Positions 58,632 to 64,000 of a stretch of DNA of 64,000 bases are shown piece after piece. The position numbers and the translations under genes were made by a program. A model generated the notes under the pieces. That model did no database searches. It worked only from the letters and a program-made list of their open reading frames with translations, and was not told the DNA's origin. The first letter of the stretch is position 1. The number at the start of each line of letters is the position of its first letter. This stretch comes from a virus: positions 98,342 through 162,341 of the IMG/VR virus record IMGVR_UViG_3300028786_000006. One strand, written 5' to 3'.

Positions 58632-60455
58632 ATGACACAAATGTACAGCGTCGCCAAGTCTCTAATTGAGCGCCTGGTCAGCTACGACGACAAGGTCCGC
58701 CTGGCCGCCGAACGGGAAGCCAGGGCTCTGATTGCCGCCCCGCCCCGCTCAACCTTGTTGGAAGAGCGCAACCAGCTGGACCAGGAATGGTCTGCCCTTC
58801 AGGATATGAAGCGATCAGAGAGTGTCGGGTGGACCAAAGTACCGACATCCTATCTCCAGGCGCTGTCCGATGAATGGGCGGCATGCCGGCAAATTGGCAT
58901 GGCTCGCGACGGGGACGACCTGGGCAAGAAGCTGATGCCAGTATTGGATTACCTGAAGCCAGGGTCAGCCGGCCAAGTGGTTCTGGTTCGTGAAGTTGTC
59001 CAGGACGCGGTTGCATGTATTCTCGGTAACGCCGAAAGCCCAGACCTCGTCCGCAATACTCTGATCAACCTGGAAGCCGCCCTCGGTAACGTTGACACGT
59101 CCAAGTGTAAGGTTGACGGGGGCGCATGTGGAGCGGGCGGGTACTGTTCCGATTGCCACTGGGCGGAAAAGAACGATTCTACCCTGGGAGGTTGGCCGGC
59201 GTACCGGGACCAGGAATCGACCAAGGTGATGATGGAGAACTACGGCGTCACTGAGGAACCGAACTACTGGTCCAACATCATCACCGGGGTAGACCTCTTG
59301 GTGTACGTTGGGAAGATCACGTACCTCCAGCTATTGGTTCATCACGGCGATACCAGGGCGTACACCAAGCGTATATCAGACTCAGCCGAGTTCGATATCT
59401 CCTTCATGGAGCTGAGAGGGTTGGCCAAAGGGCTTGGTGACCCATACCGACAACAGGCTGAGCTCTTCACATATGAGCGCCTGGCTAACATGGGTTGGCG
59501 CCGGAGTCTGCCGTGATGTGGTGGCGGTGTGACAAATTCGCCGCTCTCGTGTTGGCGTCCTGCGTAAATTCCCCAACCCTGGGCGAACTTGATCCATACC
59601 AGCGCCGCGTGCGCTCGAAGGGCCAGAAGGCCCGCAACCGCAAACACAGGAATCAGAAATGACTGTTTCACTCAAGCTTGAATTGAAGATCATCCCAGGC
59701 GCAAACCCTGGGCCGTCCATCTACTTGAGCGCGCCCGGCGGCGAGCCCCAGTTCGTGATTGACAAAGATGTTCTGACTGCCGTGCGCATCGGCGCCATCC
59801 CCGGTATGACCAAGGCGGACATCCCTGATTTCTGTGAGGTCGCTTTGATGCCGGCCTTGATCAAGGCCCTGGGGCTCGAAAGTGTTCTGAAAGCTCTTGC
59901 GGACGAACTCACCAAAGACTCGGTGAACGCCAACAACTCCATCATGGTCGAGTCGGAGCCTTACCTGGCCAAGCAAGAGCCGATCTGGTTGAGCCGGCCG
60001 TACCCTGAAGACAAGCCGTGGATGTACATCCAGGACGGCGATCGCGTGCCCTCCCCTTGCGCCCAGGCGTATGTCCGTGTTGAGGTAGAACGCCCAGTAT
60101 GAATATCGAACAGCGGGTGCTGACGTCACCCAACGCATTGATCATCGACTATGCGCTGATCAAAACGAACCGTCGCCTGACCCTCGACATCATCAGCCAG
60201 TTTGAACCCACCCGGTGGCGCGGCGATGACGATGGCGACTTCCCAACCTTCAAGGCCAGCAACGGCTATGAGGTAATCTCGCGCAGCCGCATGGACATCC
60301 AAACGGAACGTCTGTGGTTGTTGGGTGCGTCCGAGAACGAGCGCTCGGGTACGATGGTGTTCTCTTCTAACGAGAAACGCGACAAAGCCTGCGAACAATT
60401 TCAGCTGGCTCTATCTGAATGGATCGACCACCAGGTAGCAACTGGTCTGGCCTGA
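58632..60455 (+). other. Hypothetical ORFs 58632-59516, 59516-59662, 59659-60102, 60099-60455
   Basis: Coupled ORFs with SDs. Confidence 0.55.
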
Positions 60456-60467
60456 AGTGATCGGCAA

Positions 60468-60506
60468 TAAAAAACCCCCTGACTTTGCGGTCAGGGGGTT
60501 TTTTAT
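60468..60506. terminator. Bidirectional intrinsic terminator
   Basis: AAAAAACCCCCTGAC..GTCAGGGGGTTTTTT between convergent genes. Confidence 0.85.
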
Positions 60507-60871
60507 TATTCGCCCTTTGCTTTGGCGGTGTAGGTTGCTGGGACGCCGTGGGCGCCCTCGGATTCGCGGCGATCATCAGCAGCCGCTTTGATCGCCAGGT
60601 TGTAGGTGCGGGCGTCCACTTCAACGTCGTATGCTCCGAAGGTGCAACCCGATGCGTAAGTGGTGATCTTCGGGGTGATGGTAACCACCCAGGTGCGAAT
60701 CGCCGGGCGGGCCTTGGCTTGTTCCTTGAGGGCCACAACTTCATCGCGCAGGCCGAGGGCGTATTCGATTTCTTCCAGCGTACCGGTAACTTCTGGTTTG
60801 TCATACCCGTTCACGAAAGCGTAGAACACGATGCGACCTTCTTTCATGAGTTGACCGATGCGCGGATCCAT
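60506..60871 (-). CDS. Hypothetical early protein
   Basis: Minus-strand cassette 60880-60971 with CACTGAGG. Confidence 0.75.
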   Translation of the reverse strand: MDPRIGQLMKEGRIVFYAFVNGYDKPEVTGTLEEIEYALGLRDEVVALKEQAKARPAIRTWVVTITPKITTYASGCTFGAYDVEVDARTYNLAIKAAADDRRESEGAHGVPATYTAKAKGE

Positions 60872-60981
60872 TTCGAAGCCCTCAGTGGCTGTAGTGATGG
60901 GCTCAGTATACCTGAACTTTTAAACGAAACAACCCCTCATTCAAAAATAATTTGAATGAGGGGTTGTGGTGCCATCAACCG

Positions 60982-61368
60982 TTAGAACTTCAGGCCTTTC
61001 TTCTCAAGGCGTGTCAGCATGTTCTGGTCGCCCCGGACGTTCCTGGTTATGTCCATATCGTTGGACGTCAGGTACATCCCGATGATGCGCCCACCCTTAT
61101 TGTGGGTGGCGTAGATGTTGTTCCCGGCCATCTTCATCTTGGTTACGATCGGCTGAGCCTTCGGAACCCGCGTACCTTTCTTGAATATCTTGGTGTGCCG
61201 GGCGCCGTCCAGCACCAGCACCATGCATACGTCAAAGTTGTGGGAGAGGGTGTTGGCCTCTACTACCAGACAGGCGGTCAACGTACCGAACCCCATGTCT
61301 ACCATGATTTCGTCACCACAAACAACCCGAGACACAAGCTCGGCATCCCACACAATCACTTTACCCAT
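60982..61368 (-). CDS. Hypothetical early protein
   Basis: Minus-strand TTGCAA-17-TATACT and CACTGAGG leader. Confidence 0.7.
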   Translation of the reverse strand: MGKVIVWDAELVSRVVCGDEIMVDMGFGTLTACLVVEANTLSHNFDVCMVLVLDGARHTKIFKKGTRVPKAQPIVTKMKMAGNNIYATHNKGGRIIGMYLTSNDMDITRNVRGDQNMLTRLEKKGLKF

Positions 61369-61543
61369 TTCTTGCCCCTCAGTGAGCATCTGTCGAGGGC
61401 GCCAGTATACCGGCCAACACAGAACGTTGCAACCAGTCTTTGAAGTTGCGCACTGGCCCGCTTTGACCTTATACTGCTGGCTCTGGATACCTCGGACGTC
61501 GGCTGATATACGACCGCGAATTCATAATGTTAGGAGGGCTCAA

Positions 61544-62974
61544 ATGAAGCTCATGAAACTGATTTACCGAATCAACCGTCACATCCCCGTCGGCGGTTTG
61601 ACCATCGCCAAGCTCACCGAGGGTAATAACACGGTGACGCTGACCAACAACGGCTGGGTGATTACCTCTGACGGTAAGAGCAAAGACATGTTACCGGTTA
61701 CCCTGGTCAGCCAAGGGTTGGTCAATAAGTTCCAAAAGGAGCTCGGTATTCCTCACACAGAAGAGGGTCGCCGTACCCTGTTCGAAGCCTGGTGCCAACA
61801 CCCCGACCGCGCCCGCAGCTTCCCGGTTGATCCTCTGAAAGATGGTCTGTACCCGGACCGCCGTACCCAGTGTGCATGGGAAGGTTATAAAGAGGGCTGT
61901 GAGAATGGCGCATAAACCGAAAGGCTGGGGTATGCCTCAGCTCAGCAAGAAGGCGCACTACTTCGTCAACGGCCAGTCTTTGTGTAATCGCTGGATGTAC
62001 CTCGGTGAACTTGAAGACGCCCGCCATACTCATCCTCAGAACTGCGCGAGCTGCCAAGCTAAGCGCGAGAAATTGAACCCACCCAAAGGGGCTACGGTAT
62101 GACTCTCACTCTCCATTCGATCTTTGATGATCACCAGCAATACATCCTGGCAACCGATTTCCAGAAGTTCAACACGTACGTTGAAAGCGAGCAGCGCGCC
62201 CTTTATGAATCGATTGCGGTTGGCGAATTCGGTGACCACGATTACGCCCCGACCCTCGACCGCGACATGCACGGCAAGTACACCAACATCCTCCTAGAAG
62301 CCGGCTGGATGGCTTGGAGGCGCTGCTGTAAAATGCGCCAGGCCCTGGCCGGGGGCGATAAGCTCGTCAGTCACTGGACGGTGGACGGTAAGGGCGGCGA
62401 CTATGTGGACCTGGGCGTTGCTATCGGGGCCGGTACGTCCAAAGGTGATCTGGTCCAGGTCTATCGAGATACCACCAACGGCCAGATGTACTTCCGGGAA
62501 CCTGAAGACTTCATCGGTCGCCTGAAGCCGCTGGTTGCTGAAGCCTACATCCCTCTACCGTGCGGTGAGTGAATGTTCAGATCATTGGAAGAAGAGAACA
62601 AGCGCTCCTGGCCTGAAGACCTCAACAAGCTCGACGGTCATTGGGGCCTCGTATGTAAGTGCTGCGAACGCACCTTCACTGGCCAGAAACACCGGAAGAA
62701 GTGTCGGGATTGCGATGGCGCGTGGGATGGCCTACCTGACCCACAGACACACAGCCTCCTACCACCGGTGGGTGCACGCGTCAAGATCGAACTGGCCCGC
62801 CCGCTGTGTTTGGTCGAGGTGAAAGTTACCGGGTACACCGTGTGGGCTGACCTCGGGGGTGACCCTCATTTGAACCGCGTGTTCGTAAACGTCTTGGACA
62901 ATGAGGGCTACCCTAACAGCCGTCTACTCAAAGACATCCACCCAATCATTATCACCAAGGCGTCTAAATCATGA
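61544..62974 (+). other. Hypothetical ORFs 61544-61915, 61905-62102 (Zn-finger, paralog of 39845), 62099-62572 (DUF1653-like C-terminus), 62573-62974
   Basis: Divergent promoter TTGCGC-18-TATACT; AGGAGG SD; coupling. Confidence 0.6.
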
Positions 62975-62983
62975 ACGATATCA

Positions 62984-63376
62984 ATGCCTGATCAACGCCT
63001 TCTGAAGTTCATCTCGGCCATCCGGGATAGCCACCCGGACATGGTCGAACTCTATACACAGGGCCAGTGCTACAACTTCTTCCTGATTATCCGGAGCTTG
63101 TGGCCGGCCGCTGTGGCGTACTATGATCACATCCAGGGGCATGTTTACACCGCCCTGGGTGGCCGGCTGTATGATATCAGGGGCGTACTGCCCCTCCCAC
63201 TGAAACGGTACGGCTACGATAAGCTGTCTCACGTTGATGGCCACCGACCTCATCGTTGGGCGAACGGAGAAACCCGCAGGCTCAAAGAGCAAGCGCGGAT
63301 CGTCTCCTCCAGTGGCCCTACGTCAGTTGATCCTGGCCGGGCTCACGGCGTTACCGAGCCCCTGCCCAGAACGTAG
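62984..63376 (+). CDS. Small protein with a possible Cys-His-Asp (papain/transglutaminase-like) triad
   Basis: G.CY.F...HV......YDI.G pattern. Confidence 0.45.
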   Translation: MPDQRLLKFISAIRDSHPDMVELYTQGQCYNFFLIIRSLWPAAVAYYDHIQGHVYTALGGRLYDIRGVLPLPLKRYGYDKLSHVDGHRPHRWANGETRRLKEQARIVSSSGPTSVDPGRAHGVTEPLPRT

Positions 63377-63388
63377 CCCCCAGGCACG

Positions 63389-63424
63389 AAAAAGCCCCCA
63401 TGGTTTGCGCCATGGGGGCTTTTT
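63389..63424. terminator. Bidirectional intrinsic terminator
   Basis: AAAAAGCCCCCATGG..CCATGGGGGCTTTTT. Confidence 0.85.
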
Positions 63425-63431
63425 GTTGTGG

Positions 63432-63737
63432 TTAGAATTTGGGGGTGTAGAACTCAGTCTTCAATACGGCGGTCGGTGCCACTTGCAGATGGCCAAACCC
63501 GGTTGCCAGGCTCGGAGACCAAACCCAACGTTCCAGATCGATCTCACCTTTAGCCTTGATCGCCTTGACCAAACGTTCAGCTTCTTCGTGGCGCAGCAAA
63601 CCTTCGTGAAACAGTGAGTCCATGGCGTCGTCCAGCATCGGTTGGACGTACAACACCACGCGGTAACCTTTGTGTCCACCACCTGCGCCGGCGATGGTGT
63701 ACTGGACGTGGATGTGTTTCAGTTTCATCGTTGCCAT
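63432..63737 (-). CDS. Hypothetical early protein
   Basis: Minus-strand GGG-TTGCCT-17-TATACT-GAGCCCA and CACTCAGG leader. Confidence 0.7.
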   Translation of the reverse strand: MATMKLKHIHVQYTIAGAGGGHKGYRVVLYVQPMLDDAMDSLFHEGLLRHEEAERLVKAIKAKGEIDLERWVWSPSLATGFGHLQVAPTAVLKTEFYTPKF

Positions 63738-63887
63738 GTTGTGCCCCTGAGTGAGCTGTGTATGTGGGCTCAGTATATCTGATATGAACATCAAAGGCAA
63801 CCCTTTTTGAACTTTTTATTCTTACCAGAGCTTTACTGTACTTGAGCCGCCCGGTATAGTTGGCGAACCACATACAGAGATAGATTT

Positions 63888-63995
63888 GTGAAAGAGTATT
63901 TCCAGAAACGCCCGGCCCTTGTTGATGACTTGATAATGGTCGGGATGGTCGCCATTCTGGTCTTTGCGTATTGTTTCCGACACCGGCTTGCGTAA
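63888..63995 (+). CDS. Small membrane peptide (35 aa)
   Basis: GTG start after TTTACT..TATAGT; LIMVGMVAILVFAYC. Confidence 0.4.
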   Translation: MKEYFQKRPALVDDLIMVGMVAILVFAYCFRHRLA

Positions 63996-64000
63996 TCATA

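Overview
A 64-kb segment of a GC-rich T4-superfamily phage. Gene content and order resemble Ackermannviridae/ViI- or phiW-14-like phages, and a Pseudomonas-type host is inferred from a PL7 alginate lyase. About 1-33 kb holds replication genes (gp45, gp44, gp62, regA, gp61 primase, uvsX, gp41 helicase, dsbA). It also holds a thymidine-hypermodification toolkit split over two loci: a dUMP hydroxymethylase-like thymidylate synthase, dNMP kinase, a dUTPase-like enzyme, two P-loop 5-hmdU DNA kinases, an amino acid:DNA transferase (aGPT-Pplase2), an aGPT-Pplase1 protein and a PLP enzyme. A small late module (SGNH esterase, DUF1353, cell-wall hydrolase) follows. About 33-64 kb is an accessory/early region of roughly 70 short ORFs, organised by a repeated terminator + sigma70-promoter + CACTGAGG-leader cassette. 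The most notable observations are: (1) T4-type sliding-clamp-binding tails on the hypermodification enzymes, suggesting clamp-tethered, replication-coupled DNA modification; (2) a ~300-nt structured non-coding RNA with terminator/antiterminator alternatives upstream of dsbA; (3) a ~65-nt promoter-to-terminator sRNA inside the modification locus; (4) about 20 related promoter cassettes with TTGAAC/GTTCAA boxes, including a ~70-bp near-identical inverted pair; and (5) translation-factor-like fragments (an EF-Tu G1 motif and a bL12 C-terminal domain). All family calls come from motif recognition by eye; no searches were run. No tRNA, rRNA or CRISPR array was seen.
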